This document shows, in pieces, positions 36,075 to 50,587 of a stretch of DNA of 64,000 bases (its first letter is position 1; each line of letters opens with the position of its first letter). Source of the DNA: Octopus vulgaris (lineage: Eukaryota); assembly GCA_951406725.2 (NCBI GenBank), contig OX597829.1, forward strand, positions 56,606,001-56,670,000. Direction: 5' to 3'. The position numbers and the translations under genes were made by a program. Under the pieces are notes generated by a model. It was not told the DNA's origin and did not search any database. It was given only the letters and a program-made list of their open reading frames with translations.

Positions 36075-36241
36075 CTTCTTTCAATTTTGGGACAGACTTA
36101 AGCTTGTCATCTTGTTGAGTAATAAATAGCTTTTTGACACGTTTTAGAAGAGTTTCTTTACTGCATGGCAGAAAGGCTGCTAAATAAGCATAAACTGATG
36201 TTCTTTGAGAACAGTTCAATACACGAGATCCCATTTCAAGC
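36075..36241 (-). CDS. UBN1: Ubinuclein exon, conserved middle domain (...SVYAYLAAFLPCSKETLLKRVKKL...)
   Basis: Strong resemblance to the UBN1 [22 protein letters not shown] segment; AG/GTTAGT boundaries. Confidence 0.92.
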
Positions 36242-36814
36242 CTATGGAAGTAACGAAAAGAAAAACGAAATCATAGAATACCAACTGGATTACATTAAAA
36301 AAGTAAAAAAGCTAACTTAGAATGATGTAAAGAAAGACAAATTTGAAAGTGAAAATGCATTTTTAAAATGTCACTTCTATTGAAAATATAGAATATTTTC
36401 TGAAAACACACATTCTTAAAACTACAAAAGTTTTCAAAATATACTACTGATCATGTTTACATTAGTTAAAATACACTAAAGATCAAACAATAGCATATAC
36501 AATTGTTCTAATACTAAATGCCATGGTTTCTATTACAAAACATTAATACCTCTTTTTGTATCATTTTTGCAGTACAATTTACAAGTAATCAAACTGTTAC
36601 ATGTATCATAAAATGCTCCACAGTACAAAAACCATCTTTAGCCAATTGAGGTTAATGGATCACTTGGAGAAATAATAGATATTACCCAGGCATGAGGCAC
36701 AAGCAATCCATAGTCCCAAACTTTGGTAACACAACAGAGCTAATAACAATGCATTTTTTTTCATTTTACACATATATGTTAGGATAAACATCAGAAACTG
36801 ATTTGTTCACTTAC

Positions 36815-36882
36815 TCTAATAGCATCTTGTTAATTTCACTTGTGAAAAATTTGGACTTTCTTTCCATACAGTCAGCAGCTGC
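36815..36882 (-). CDS. UBN1: Ubinuclein exon AAADCMERKSKFFTSEINKMLL
   Basis: KFF...N..LL motif of the UBN middle domain; AG/GTAAGT. Confidence 0.9.
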
Positions 36883-37008
36883 CTATAAAAATAGAAAAAA
36901 TTTGCTGGATAAAATATTAAAATAAGTCCAAGATAATTGTTTACATGGTTACAGAAATGACTGGATTTGTATAAAAACAATAAAATTTCAGATAAAGCAA
37001 ATACTAAC

Positions 37009-37396
37009 TTGCTTGAGCTGGTAAATTATTTTTTCCATATGATCTGGAATTCCAGCAGTTAATTTGGGAATGCTTTCATTGTTATCAAATGACTTATCAT
37101 TGTTATCTCGACTATCTGAATCTTCTTTGAAATTGTTAATATTTGATTTTTCTGTTGACCCAGGCTCCAACTCCAGAACTTCTTGACGTGCAACTGTAGA
37201 ACTGGTTACAGTTGGTAGTGATCCTGCATAAGCTCCACTATTAGTTGAAGATTTCTCTTGAGACAGCACTCCAACTGGGGAAGTTTGGGAATAAATATTT
37301 CCGTTTGTTTCATCTATATGCCCATTATTTGAGGTAGATGATGAGGTAGAAACAGCATTTTTCAGAAGTTCTTTGACAGTAGAAGAAGATTTTTTC
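37009..37396 (-). CDS. UBN1: Ubinuclein exon KKSSSTVKELL...IPDHMEKIIYQLKQ
   Basis: Open frame within ORF 36988..37428; phase 2-0 consistent with both neighbours. Confidence 0.88.
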
Positions 37397-37599
37397 CTAA
37401 ATTTGGAGATAGAAAAAACATAATACAATAAGAAAAGTTTTTATTAAAAATATACTTTAAAAAAGAAAAAGACAATGTTATTATAACTAGTTGTTCAGTT
37501 GATTACCCAACATGCCAAATATCAGCTAAATGTAAATATCAAGATATTTTCAAATACTTAGTTTTCAACATATTTCTAGAGAGATATGGATCACCATAC

Positions 37600-38266
37600 C
37601 TTACATCAGGACTTCAGTAGTTCCACAGTCAAAGAAGCTGCTTGATACCAAACATAATGTTTATGGTAAAAAAAGCTCACATTTCCACAGTATCGGATAG
37701 TTGCCATAGTGGATTGCATCTTCCACAAATAGAAATCATTCATTGAGCATATTTATTCATTTCCTGTGTGACACTTTCAAAAAAACTTTCTGGTAAAAAT
37801 AAGAATAAATAGTCCAACGGTTGAGCATCAGAAGGTAGACTGTGTTGTGGACCAGTCTTTTCTGTGAAATCAGGAATTGTAGTTGACGTAATTTTCAACT
37901 GTGTAGTCATGTTTTAATTATCATTTTTACCACTTTCATTATCAAAATCTCCTTCCTTGACCAACAAAAATTCAATAACATCAATATCAGATTCTTCTGA
38001 AGACAAATCAGTGGTTTTCTTTTACATTTTGTAAAACTTTCAAAGTCGGCATCACTACCTGCTGACACCACATTGATAAATGCTAATATATAAACTTCTC
38101 TTCAAACGTTGAAAAAAAAACCATGTGATCTCAAAAATTTCACGGTATTTGTACTTGAATAAAAGCAGGAAAGGCTTTATCTCAAACTATCTCAGAGCTA
38201 CAAGAATTCAATGTGATTTTATTTGTTTTTCAGCCGATTTTGGCCAGACTGAATACTAAAGGGTTA
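37600..38266 (-). mobile_element. piggyBac transposase 5' fragment with TTAA/CCCT end
   Basis: 37877-37743 translates IPDFTEKTGPQHSLPSDAQPLDYLFLFLPESFFESVTQEMNKYAQ (piggyBac N-terminal core pattern); aaagggttaa terminus near 38258-38267. Confidence 0.7.
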
Positions 38267-38443
38267 AATATAAATTAAAGTCAGGTTTGAAATGGAGTTG
38301 CATTTTTTGGTTCAACAGAAAATGGCATTTTTTTAAAACCTCATGAAACACAAGGTAAGTCGCAAATTTTGCCAAGGGTTTTAGCAATAAAATGGTACAT
38401 GCAGTACAACAAAAGATCATATCCTGAAAAACTGTTTCATTAC

Positions 38444-38547
38444 CTCAAAATTTCTTTACTTGTTGGTTTCCTTGGTTTCTTGAATTCTTTTTCTCCAGAC
38501 ACTTTTTTCTTTACTTCATTATTAGCTCCTTCTTTTATTTTATTTAT
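38444..38547 (-). CDS. UBN1: Ubinuclein lysine-rich exon INKIKEGANNEVKKKVSGEKEFKKPRKPTSKEIL(R)
   Basis: AG/GTAA boundaries, phase 0-2. Confidence 0.85.
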
Positions 38548-40474
38548 CTGCAAGATAATAAAAATAGAGAAAAATGTCTCTTGTAAAATAAGTTGAATTG
38601 TAGAAATTTAAAGATAAAAATACTTTAAAAAAAAAACAAACAAATAACAAAACAAATTTCGTTTGATTGTTTTAAGATGGGGATGTTTATTGAAATTTTT
38701 TTTAAAAATATTTAAAATTATGAAAATTGTTGACAAATTTGCTTTTTATATACTAAAATATATTTCAAAATACGTTAAAATGAAGATACTGTTGAACTTA
38801 ATTTAAAATGGAATTTACAATGAGAAATATTTGGAGAAATTAAACATCCATAAGTGTTGAAAATATTTAAAATGAAATGCAAGATAAAAAAAGAAGGGGA
38901 AAGCAGAATAAAAGTTTCAATGAAATGATCTGCATTAAAATACATAAAACTTATTGACTGATTTCCACAACATTTGATGTTTTGAAATCCTTGATCCAAA
39001 ATATATCACAAAAATAAAGCGAATGATAAGTTTGAATATTTGAAGAGCTAAACTATGCATAGATTTCAACCTAACATTTTTTGTTTGCATAAAATCAAAA
39101 ATGAATTTGACCACCAGGTAACTTTTGAATATTTTTCTAAGGAGGATAACCAATAGTAAACAAACAACTATAAAATAGCAAGAGCAACTAGTTTTAAATC
39201 GGCTTCCTTAGGGAAAGAAGGTAGTGACTTATAAGTACTATGATAAACAAAGAGCTACATAATGCAGAAAACTAAGATAAAAGATTAAAATGCCATAAAA
39301 ACTCAATCTTTTGGGTCATTTTCATTTCCTTTAAAAAGTTTCAAAGAAATGAAGAAAAATTGGCAAAAGGCAACATTTTAAATCAAGATTTGGCATTAAT
39401 GAGATATATATATATACAAATGAAAACACTGGAACAATTTCAGGAGAATGTTTTAGATCATTTCTATCATAAATTTTTAAACAATGGAACTAGCACAGAT
39501 TAGATTTTAACAATAACATTATATAAAACAAAATACTTCTTCAAAAGTACAATGGTTTGAAAATCACATTGAGAAACTCACTGAAGATCATAAACATCAA
39601 ATGTGAACACTAGTTATTTGATGAAAATCTAATGGTCTACCAACTGAGCAGTGTGTGGTCCCTTAACTGCTAGAAATAGCAACTAAATCTCAAATTACAT
39701 CGTAACATCTTAAAAAAAAAGATGTGATGGTCACAACCAAAAGACCTTTGATCATGGGTTTGCTCTTTGAGGGCTGACTAGGGGATACACAACAACTAAT
39801 TATTTTACCAGAGAAGTATTTTTTTAATAAATGCAAAAAGAATTTTGAATATATGCCACTAATAACCAAAACACCCAGTTTTTGAAGTTTATCAAAGTTT
39901 GGAGGGATCAAATTTCACAAAATAAAATAACAAGATAATAAAAAATAAAAATTTACAAACAAAGAATAGCAGCAGAGAAAAAAATGTTGGTAGATGACAA
40001 CAAGGAACTGATACTTGCCATTTTTTTTTTTTTTTTTTCAATTTTTTTCAGCATTATTTATAGATAACAAAATGCAAGACAAAGCAAGAAGACAGAAAGA
40101 GATAAAGACAAAAATATATGCAATGAATGCCAATAGGAGCCAAAAATGGAAAAAGATGACAGCGATTAATTAGTAAGAATTGATTATGAAATCAATTGCT
40201 GATAAAAAAATTTTATTTACAATATGTGAAACCTTATTTGTTTATAAAACAAATACATGAAATGAATTTTTGTTCAATCACTGTCATCTTTGTTTGAAAT
40301 AAATGTCATCAAACCAAAATGCTTTATAAAAATGGCTCGATATAGTCCAGGTTCATTGAAAAACTATAATGGTGATGCATTCTAATTTGTAAAGTCAGTA
40401 CAACAGTTCATAAGCTGAACAATTTATAGTCAGCCATAGATAAGTTTATCTTCAGCAGTGTAGTCAATGCTTAC

Positions 40475-40531
40475 TTCTGGAACTTTCTTCTTGACCTCAC
40501 CATCTGATTCGGGATCGGAAGTTATTATTCT
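40475..40531 (-). CDS. UBN1: Ubinuclein exon RIITSDPESDGEVKKKVPE
   Basis: Long pyrimidine tract + CAG, GTAAGC donor, 57 nt, phase 0-0. Confidence 0.8.
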
Positions 40532-42029
40532 CTGAAAATAAAATTAAGAAAAAGAAAGAAAAAGAGAAACTTGTAATTAAACCTGTTTATATTTTACAAT
40601 TAAATTTCCTACACTAACAAGAATAAGGTAGTTTTTTTTTTTTTCTTTCTTTCAGATTTAACTGATGGAACCTTCTTCCTGCTAACCAAAGAAAGTTACT
40701 TGCCAGCCTATGACACAAACTATAGCTCACATAATAAATAAGATAGCTACAGAACAGGTTTCCTAAGGAGTTGAATCAGCTTACATGAAACAGTAAATAA
40801 AAATGTGATTTCACATTCATTATGGCTTCAGATTTAAGCATTTTGAATAAATTTCTAATATAAAATATATTTCCCAATTCAAAATTAAGCTTTGTTTGAG
40901 AAAATTAACCAAGTCAAAGCCAAAACACACATATATTTTCTAATGAAGCAACTCTCTCATCACCTGGTTCAAGTCCTATGATATATGAAATGAAATGTAA
41001 AAAATGCATTTAACCAGTAAGTCATCACTGTTCTAATATTCACTTTCCCATGCTTGCACGGGTCGGACTGACTTTATTGAAGTGAATTTCCTATGACCAG
41101 GTGCCTTTCCTTTTGTGAACTATCACCTGTCTCAAAGCAAGATAATACTGCAAGCCTTCTAGCCTGTCACAATTAGCAGTATGATGTGAGGATCTGTTGC
41201 TCCAAATTATGGAGACTTGTAGCTCTAAATAAAACGGCAGAGAAGGCAACTTATCTAGCAGAGCAGTAACTCTGAATAAAAAATGATACAGTGTAAGCAG
41301 CATAATAAAATGAATTCAGTTTATTAAGTGATTAGGGGTGGGATATCCAACTGTTAAACATGCTAAAAATAAAATATACACAAAACAGGTAACTTTAAGA
41401 CGAGGAATTTTTGACACTGAAGGAAGTGATCTTGTGTCAGATGATGAAAGGTTAGTGTGTGACAGAGGGACAGAAACAGGTGTGTTGTTATAGAGGAAGC
41501 ACATGGTTACCTGGTCAGAGAGAGATAGAAAGAGATAGGGAGAGGTATGGAGAGAGAAAGAGAGGAAGGGCGTGAGAGAAAAAGAAAGAGGTAACAAGGA
41601 CAGAAACAAGTGTGCTGCTGTAGAGATACATGGATACTCAGAGAGAGAGAGAGAAAGAAATATGAAGGTGGAGAAACCAGGAGTGACTGAGCGATGAGCA
41701 ATAGGGACATGAGTGCTAGAGGCATGAGAGAGAGAGAGAGAGATGAGAAGCTACCAAAGAAATACACTTGATATTATGTAAACAGATACAAAAAGCCAAA
41801 AATACATGCAAATCTATGCATGCATGTACCACCATCCTGTATGTGCACACATGCATACAGAAAGAGTTAAATTTTCCTGAAAAATAAATTCTACTTTCTA
41901 TAAAAAGAACAATGGATAATATAATCCAGATTACACAAGAAAACTAATGGGCAGTCAATCAGCAATGTCTTCAGTAGTGTTCCCTTGCTGCTGTCCATTT
42001 GCACATGCACACATAATTTACAATGACCA

Positions 42030-42200
42030 CATCATCATCATTTAACGTCTGTTTTCTATGCTGGCATGGGTTGGATGGTTTGACAGAAGGTGGCAAGTCA
42101 GAAGACTACACCTGTCTGTTTTGAAAGGGTTTCTACAGGTGGATACCCTTCCTAACACCATCCACAGAGTGTGCCGGTTTCCTTTTATGTGGCATGAGCA
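42030..42200 (-). mobile_element. Intronic RTE-type 3' tail fragment
   Basis: catcatcatcatttaacgtctgttttctatgctggcatgggttgg. Confidence 0.75.
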
Positions 42201-44172
42201 GCAGTGAGTTCAAGTAATTTGCAGGACAAGACCCCTCACGTAGGGGTGAGTAGTACTGAGGGAGAGTAAAGACATCTTGAAATAGAAGTGAGACGTGGCT
42301 TCCTCAGATGCAGGAGAGGAAAATGGTGAAGATGCAACAGGGATAGGGCAGGGGGCTACAGAGTGGTGTATATAGTGGAATAGACCAAGGATTAGAGAGG
42401 GTTGTTAGATGGATGAGTTCCCAGCATTTCAAAAGGAGAGTAGGAGCTGGCAAAGAGAGGGAATGATGGGAGAAAATGTGCAAACGTGTTTTCAAAATGA
42501 AATCAAAAGAAATTAGAGACATGGTTACTTGCACTGATGCATACCTTCTTTACAAAGAAAGAGAAAATTTGCTCACAAGCAAATTTATGCACACACTAAC
42601 AACCAAAAATTAGAACACAAGAAAAACAAGAAAACTCCAATTGTAATCATTTTGCTTATTTAAATACATCACTTAGGAAATTGAGCATTTCCCTCGCTTC
42701 ACTTTCACCTTAAAAAGTGGAAGTAATCATTGATAATAAGGTCCAATGAAATAACTGTAATATGAGGGGGAAAAGTTGATAAAATGCTTCATTGTCTGCT
42801 TATCCATATTTACATGAGACAAATTCACAATTACCTTTGGTCATTTGTTATTTCATTATGAGGCCCAGTACTTAGTATCATTTCTTCCATAAGTATAATC
42901 TACTAAAAGTACTCAACATATATTTCTTGGCACTCCTCATCCATTCTCATTACATCACCATCTCACCAGCTTTTTATTATATATCCAACTGATGTGCACC
43001 CATTGGATTTCTTTCCAGTCTCTGCACATTTGGTATACAAAGCCTATAATCCATGTCCTCAATGATGAGGCAAAACATAGTTCTTAAAATGTTTCACACA
43101 ATTTTGAGTTTTGTATAATTAACTTTTTAATTAGCAAAAAAGGCAACAACTTCCTGAAACTTCCCCTACCCTGCCTAACTCCAACAACTATACTTTCGTT
43201 TCAGTTACTTTCATTGCTAACATAACAAAATTAAAATAAATTATCAACTACATCTAGTGGATTTTATTCAAAGAGTCTCTCTCTGATATTAACTTGGAAC
43301 TTTTGGTACAGCTACCAAGCCTCGGGTTCTGGTTCTTTGTTAGACAACTTAAAGCACCTTTTGTATTACCTACTGTTTGCACGGAGTTTACAGGAACTGA
43401 TTCTTTAATAAATATTGTTATAAATTCATGCTTTCTCTTTCTTACTAACCATCACTCTGATACTTGATATGTTGAGCTTTCAACCAATGGATTCATTTCA
43501 AACCAGTGCTTCAGGAGAGGGGCAGGATTGAAAAGGGCCTAGAAAAATTGCCTTAAAAAAAAAATTAATATGATTTTTTTCAACTTTTTAACCTTGTGCA
43601 ATGCCATGGTAAAGAAAGGAGACATATATGGATGCAAACTAATTTTCTTATCTTTAAGACAGAGTGGGAGCAACTGTGTGTCCATTTGAGAATCCCTATT
43701 CTAAACCACTTCTAAAGGTTTAGAAATTTACCACAAACCTTTAACAATTAAAATCATCAACAACCACCTTAAAGTTTCCAACTGAAAGCCTTTGAAAACT
43801 TTTGTACACTGGTCAGTGTGGGATTCCTTGATAAGCTGCAAAATAAGTACTAAATCTACAAGATTTATAGTCCAAAGGACTATAAATTAATGTATACCAA
43901 AAAGGAATGTACATGTCAACAGAAGGCACACTTTTAGTGAAGTGATTGTAAAACTTAATAAGGGAGTAGGTACAATTTCAATAATGAGTACTCAGAAAAC
44001 ATATAGGGTTTAAAATGCAATGGTACAATCATCAATAGACTGCTTTGTGAGATGTTAAAAGGGGTAAAGCCCACACAAGACAGACATGCATGCACAGGCA
44101 AGTGTCTTTAAGATGTAATCAGGAATTAACTGCTAAGAACAATAACAATAATAATAGATTTAAAGAAATTAC

Positions 44173-44316
44173 CTTCGTCTTTTTCCTCTTTTTCAAAGGG
44201 GAACTTACATATTCATCACTAGAATCATCGGATACATCTCTAAAATCCAGAACACCTGAGTTGATGTAGAATCCACCCAGTTTAGTAGTGAGGCAGGCAG
44301 GCACCAACTCATCATA
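44173..44316 (-). CDS. UBN1: Ubinuclein exon, HRD/HUN domain C-half [25 protein letters not shown]...PLKKRKKTK
   Basis: Diagnostic [21 protein letters not shown] signature of the Hpc2-related domain; AG/GTAA. Confidence 0.96.
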
Positions 44317-45525
44317 CTAAAAAAAAAAGGGGGAAAAAAGGATCAGAATATTTTGCATATTTAAAAAAAATAAAATAAAAATTTTGTGCTGCAAACCACT
44401 TTAACAGAATAGGGTCCTAGCCAAGCAACATGGTGATAACATTGCACAAATAGTCCAGTGCAAAAGAGCTAGGTGATAGGTCAAGAAAGAGTGGAAGTGA
44501 CAGCAAGGACTGACGTTACTCGTGCAATTTCTTCGGGATAGCAAAAAGACAAAAAAGCATGTAAAAGCCAGAAAGAGAGGGAAATGTCTGGGAAGTGAAG
44601 CATAAAACCAGCAGAAGGACTAGCAACTGATATTAGCTTGAGTATGGCTTGTAAGATTATATAAGAAAGATGGGGAAAGCAGCATATTCATTAGAGACAA
44701 CAGCTGAGGTGCTGATGGTTTCACTTGTTTTATATTATGTTAACTGTCTCCCGTACATGATGAAAGATGTAGAATACTTTTTAGCCTTTATTAAATATTG
44801 TTTTGACATTCAGTATCAAATAGGTTAAACGCCCCCCACCCCACTTTCATGGATTTCCATGATTCTCTGTCACCATCCAATTCCATTATTATGAATTTGA
44901 ATTGGGAGCTTGAGTCATAGTGGATCTTTCATTAGCTGATTCCACAACCATGGACCATTCCATCCCTGTGGATGTGTTGCAGTTACTCTCTTGATACAGC
45001 TTGGTGATCCTGACCGTTGATCTTCCAGGCTTCTTCCACTCAGCATCAATGCAAGAAGCACCATTGACTCAGCTGAACTCTTCTGTTACCTCTTCACAAT
45101 CTGACATATGTCTTTGCCACATCCCTGGCAGATTGGCTGAATGGGTCCCATGCCTTGTGAAAGGGCAGCCCATGGTTGTCACTCCATGAGGTATTTTCAA
45201 AATCCCGCATACTCGGAAGTTAAAACTTAGGTATTATACCATCCACTTCAAGAACTATGTTAAAGAAATATGATGCAGGAAGCATTAAATAACAAAGAAA
45301 ACTTCCTAAGCTGCATTCAAAAAGTAGTATTAGTGACAGCGCACAATGTCTGTGTACAATTCATTCTAGGTTCTTCAGACTGCTAGTAACTCCCCCACCC
45401 CATAGACGCTTAGTAACTTTCCTGTTACTACATCAGTGAGTGAAAATTAAATTGTTGAAGATAGTCATAAGATCATAATATTGGTCAATGACTAATATTT
45501 TTTTCATTGCTATATAATTATTTCT

Positions 45526-46886
45526 AAAGCAAGGATTAGAATCGAAGGGCCTTAGAGTCAACCTAGCTAAAACCAAAGTTCTAATAAGTAGGAAGGTAGA
45601 CAAATCACAAACACCCTCAGGTAGATGGCCCTGCTCGATCTGTAGAAAAGGCATAGGTAGAAACTCTATAAGATGCACCAAGTGTAAGCTATGGACACAT
45701 AAGAGGTGCAGCAACGTCAAAGGAAGGCTAACTAGGAAAATAGTTTTTGTATGTAGCAGATGCTCGGGAGTAATAAACACTGAAAATACGCAGAGACCAT
45801 CTTCCGCCACATTCCAGGGAGAAAAACTAGAAATAGTTGATAGCTTTCGTTACCTAGGTGACTAAGTCAGTAGCGGGGGTGGGTGTGCTGAAAGTGTAAC
45901 TACTAGAGTAATAGCCTGGGCAAAGTTCAGAGAGCTCTTACCTCTGCTGGTGACTAAAGGCCGCTCGCTCAGAGTAAAAGGCAGATTGTATGACGCATGT
46001 GTACGAACAGCCACGCTACATGGTAGTGAAACATGGGTCGTAACTGCTGAGGATATGCGTAAGCTCGCGAGAAATGAAGCCAGTATGCTCCGATGGATGT
46101 GTAATGTCAGTGTTCATACTCGACAGAGTGTAAGTACTTTGAGAGAAAAGTTGGACCTAAGAAGCATCAGTTGTGGTGTGCAAGAGAGACGTTTGCGCTG
46201 GTATGGTCATGTGGCGAGAATGGATGAAGATAGTTGTGTGAAAAAGTGCCACACCCTAGCGGTTGAGGGAACCTGTGGAAGAGGTAGACCCAGGAAAACC
46301 TGGGACGAGGTGGTGAAGCACGACCTTCAAACTTTAGGTCTCACCGAGGAAATGACTAGAGACTGACACCTATGGAAGTGTGCTGTGCGTGAGAAGACCC
46401 GGCAGGACAAGTGAGGCCATAATCCTGTGGCCTACACCTGGGGTGTAGCCAGCCCACTTATGCATTCCTTTCCTTCTTGGGACACAAAACTCTACTTGTG
46501 AAGACCTGTTGAGGCAAGTGAAAATCGAAATTGTAATCTATCAACATCAATGGAATTTGTAGCTGTGATACCAGTGCCGGTGGCACGTAAGAGAGTCATC
46601 CGAACGTAGCCGTAGCCAGCGCCGCCAAACTGGCCTCCGTGCCAGTGGCACGTAAAAAACACCATCCAATTGTGGCCGCTTGCCAGCCTCGTCTGGCACC
46701 TGTGCCGGTGGCACGTAAAAAGCACCCACTACACTCACGGAGTGGTTGGCGTTAGGAAGGGCATCCAGCTGTAGAAACACTGCCAGATCAGACTGGGCCT
46801 GGTGCAGCCTTCTGGCTTCCCAGACCCCAGTTGAACCGTCCAACCCATGCCAGCATGGAAAGCGGACGTTAAATGATGATGATGAT
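45526..46886 (+). mobile_element. 5'-truncated young RTE copy (PHD region, RT C-terminus, 3' UTR, (GAT)n)
   Basis: Close match to 5121-6715 in reverse orientation; shares the agagtaatagcc variant with it (52700 copy has agagtaagaatagcc). Confidence 0.95.
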
Positions 46887-46955
46887 ATTTAGTCTTCCAG
46901 ATTGAGAATAAAATATAAACATTTGTATCTCTTACATTCTATCTAAAATGCAATT

Positions 46956-47123
46956 AAACCTTTTAGCATTTAATCCATCCACATCCGGCCCGAATATTCT
47001 ACCTGTTCTATGTTCAAAGTGACCAGATCCAGCCTCTCACACCTGCTTTACAATTCAAAATAATGTGAATAAATAAGAAGCATTACATCTAACACAACAG
47101 AAATTTGAATGGTAAAGGTTTAA
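46956..47123. mobile_element. Degenerate TTAA-flanked piggyBac-type MITE
   Basis: ttaaaccttttagcatt ... aatggtaaaggtttaa. Confidence 0.55.
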
Positions 47124-48246
47124 GGTATTTTTGTAACATCAGTTTCTGCATGTAACACTGTTTCGTATTTAATAACAAGGCCAAAAAAACTGTGAACCTA
47201 TGAAGTTAATATAGCTCCAATATACTGATATGGTAAAGATGCTTAACTGTGTCCCTCCCTCTGATAATAAGCTCAATGTGGAGGTGCAATACACTGCCAT
47301 AAGTAACAAATACTGAATAGACAATATTTCCTTGGGTTGCCAACTTTGAATTGCCTAATTGCTCCAATCTATATTCATCTCAGTAGAGGGATCTTATTTT
47401 GTGGTTACTTAGTGACCCTGCCAGTTGGTGCTGGTGCCACATAAAAAGCACCCAGTACAGATGTTAAGTGGTTGGCACTAGGAAGAACATCCAGCCATTG
47501 AAGCCATACCAAAGCAGATGCAGAACGTGGCAGAACCTTTTGGCTCATTTGTTCTGGTCAAACAATGCAACCCATGCAGAAAAGGATGTTAGATAATGAC
47601 GATGATAATGAATGTCAAGTCTCTATAAAATCATTAAATGAATAAGCCTTTAGTGGCATACCAAAATTCCGATTAAGTCAAAATGACCATAATGTTCATG
47701 ACAAAAGAGAAATATTCACAGTACCAACAGTTAACTGATACAGAAATAAGGTTCAGATCACTTTAAATATAATTCCACAATGACTATTTAGATTGCTTCA
47801 AGATTAATTTTATATGCCATCCTTCAAAAGAGTAAACTGATATGATGAAGAAGAAGATAATGAGTTGAGCCATGACCTCATGAACTTAGGTATTTCTTTC
47901 CCTATGATTCTAAATATCTCTGCTCTCTTCTACAGAATATTAACACTGTTGACTCTAAAACAGAGACATTTATGAGTACCTGAGGTTTACAGAAATATTC
48001 ATTGTTTTTTATTGTATCCTTATTTCCTTTAACAAAATCAGTATCATCTAATGCACCAATGTTGTATAAAAAAATTCCCTATAAGTAAGTAGATTAAATT
48101 AATAGAAAAATCCATTTTTCTGGTAATATATTAATTAATTTGAAATCTATTGCAAAACGAAGTCAGTATAATGAGATTACTTGATCTAAAAAATATCTAA
48201 AGTATATTTTAATAATTAATCGAGTTATTCAGAGAAAAATACTCAC

Positions 48247-48357
48247 TGCTTCAGAATTATCCACAAAGGGATCGGTTTCATCATAACCTTCACCAAGATC
48301 AACTAAATCTTGGATAGCATCTAGCCGTTTGCTTTGAGGTTTATTGTGCTTGGGTCC
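48247..48357 (-). CDS. UBN1: Ubinuclein exon, HRD/HUN domain N-half [37 protein letters not shown]
   Basis: Diagnostic DL.D.G.GYDE.D.F.DNSEA signature; CAG/GTGAGT; 111 nt. Confidence 0.96.
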
Positions 48358-48969
48358 CTGAAAATAACAAAAAAAAATAATATGAATAAAAATTAATACA
48401 TATTAACTATACAATAATATTTTCAGTAAAAACATTGTAATGTCTCTAACAATAAATTTACTAAACAGAAATAAAAGAAAAAAAAGAGATTAGGAGAGAG
48501 AAAAGGTGAGGGCAATTTTAATAAACTGCCTTTTGAATTAATAGAAACCATTTGTAGATGAACTTACATTTAAAAGAAGGAAAACTTTCTCAGTGTACAA
48601 ATTTTAAGTATTCTAAAATATCACATGTAAGCATGGCTGTGTGGCAAGAAGTTTGCTTCTCAACCACATGGTTTCAGGTTCAGTCTTACTGCATGACTGG
48701 AAGTGCAATTGTCTTCTACTATAGCACCTTGTGAGTGGGTTTACTTGACAGAAACTGAAAGAAGTCCATTGCGTGTATCTCACCTTGCCTTGACATTGCA
48801 AAACAGTTTACAATTAGTGTAACAGTCATGAAAGAGGTGTCCTTTATTTCCAATCATTGAAAATATAGGATGAGTAAGACATCTGACCACAGAAAATCTG
48901 CTTCAACAAACTCCATCCAACCCATGCAAGCAAAGAAAAGTGGACATTAAAATGATGAATGGTAACACA

Positions 48970-49022
<53 letters not shown>

Positions 49023-49924
49023 GTCTATTCGTTCATCATTTTCATCCACTCTTCCATATTGGAATGGGTTAGACAAAAACTTACAGTCAGCCAGACTCTC
49101 TTCCTATTGCTATCCCTTAATTATTTTCCAAGTCAGGTATTTTCCATTTCACTTGCCTTGCTATGTGGACAACAAGAAAAACACTGAATTGTGCAATTTT
49201 TGTTTTTCTGATGAACAAAAACAACTGATTTTGCCCAAATAGGGTTAAAAGAGGATACATGTAATCAACATTTGCACAAACAAGACAACCTTCCACTCGT
49301 TTTCACTCACCCATTCCAATTACAGTGTATTGGTCAGCCCAATGCTTATAGTAAAAGACACTACCTCAAGATGATACCCACAGCATGACTGAACCCCAAA
49401 CCAACATAGCAGTGGTCTTTGTAACCACATTGCCATTTTTTTTTATCTACAGCAATGTCTATAGAAGAGTTGCTTGGAGAAAAAGTGGACTATGATGAAA
49501 AATGCAGGGACAGAATCTGGGAATATTCTTAAGTATTGAACCTGGAAAAGTACAGAACAAGCAATAATTAAGCTTGTAAAAGTATACAAAAAGCAAAAAA
49601 ACTTAGAGATAAAATATTTCTCCCCTATTTTTAGTACTCTATTATTTTTAAAATTTTATTTTCTTAACAAAACTCATTATCCAAATATTTTAAATCACAG
49701 ATATTGTGTTATGAAATTAAAATCAGAAGAGGTGTAGTGGTATCACAGGAAGGTTAACAAAAAAAGTCGTCTTTGTTAGTGACAGATATGCAAGAATAAA
49801 AAATAAGAGTACACAAGAAGTAGATGTTCTGAAATACCCAGAAGGCTCCCCTAGATGTAGTAGCTTCTGTTGCCTAGGCAACTTAATTAGTAGTGGAGGA
49901 GGATCCTTTAAAAGTATAGTTGCA

Positions 49925-50587
49925 AAATAAGAACTGGCTGGAGAAAGTTCAGAGAACTTCTACTTCTATTGGTAACAAAAAAGCTTCTCTGAGAATGAAA
50001 GGTATATTGTAGAATGCCTGTGTATGGATAGCAATGGTACCCAGTTGTGAAACTTGGGCTGTGAACGTAGAGGACATGTGAAGACCAGAAAGAAAAGAAA
50101 CTAGCATGCATCAAAAGATGTACAACATCAATGTGCTGAGAGAAAAACCAGGCATTAGAGGCATCAGATGTAGTGTGTGTGAGAAAGACTGAGCTGGTAT
50201 GGTCATTTGATGTGGATGGATGAGCAAAGATGTATAAAGTAGCACCAATTGCTAAACCTAGAAGGAACCTGTGGAAGACCTAAGGAGTCCTTTTTTCTAT
50301 CTATGAAGACATTGTACAAATGATGATCCCGGTTTTCTGCTGGTGGCACGTAAAAAACACCATCCGAGCGTGGCCGTTCGCCAGCCTCGTCTGGCACCTG
50401 TGTCGGTGGCACATAAAAAGCACCCACTACACTCACGGAGTGGTTGGCGTTAGGAAGGGCATCCAGCTGTAGAAACACCGCCAGATCTGACTGGCCTGGT
50501 GCAGCCTTCGGGCTTCCCAGACTCCAGTTGAACCGTCCAACCCATGCTAGCATGGAAAGTGGACGTTAAATGATGATGATGATGATG
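49925..50587 (+). mobile_element. Old RTE RT C-terminal fragment followed by younger RTE 3' UTR
   Basis: Degenerate ggctggagaaagttcagagaac...tggtatggtcat, then VNTR and (GAT)n at 50340-50587. Confidence 0.8.
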
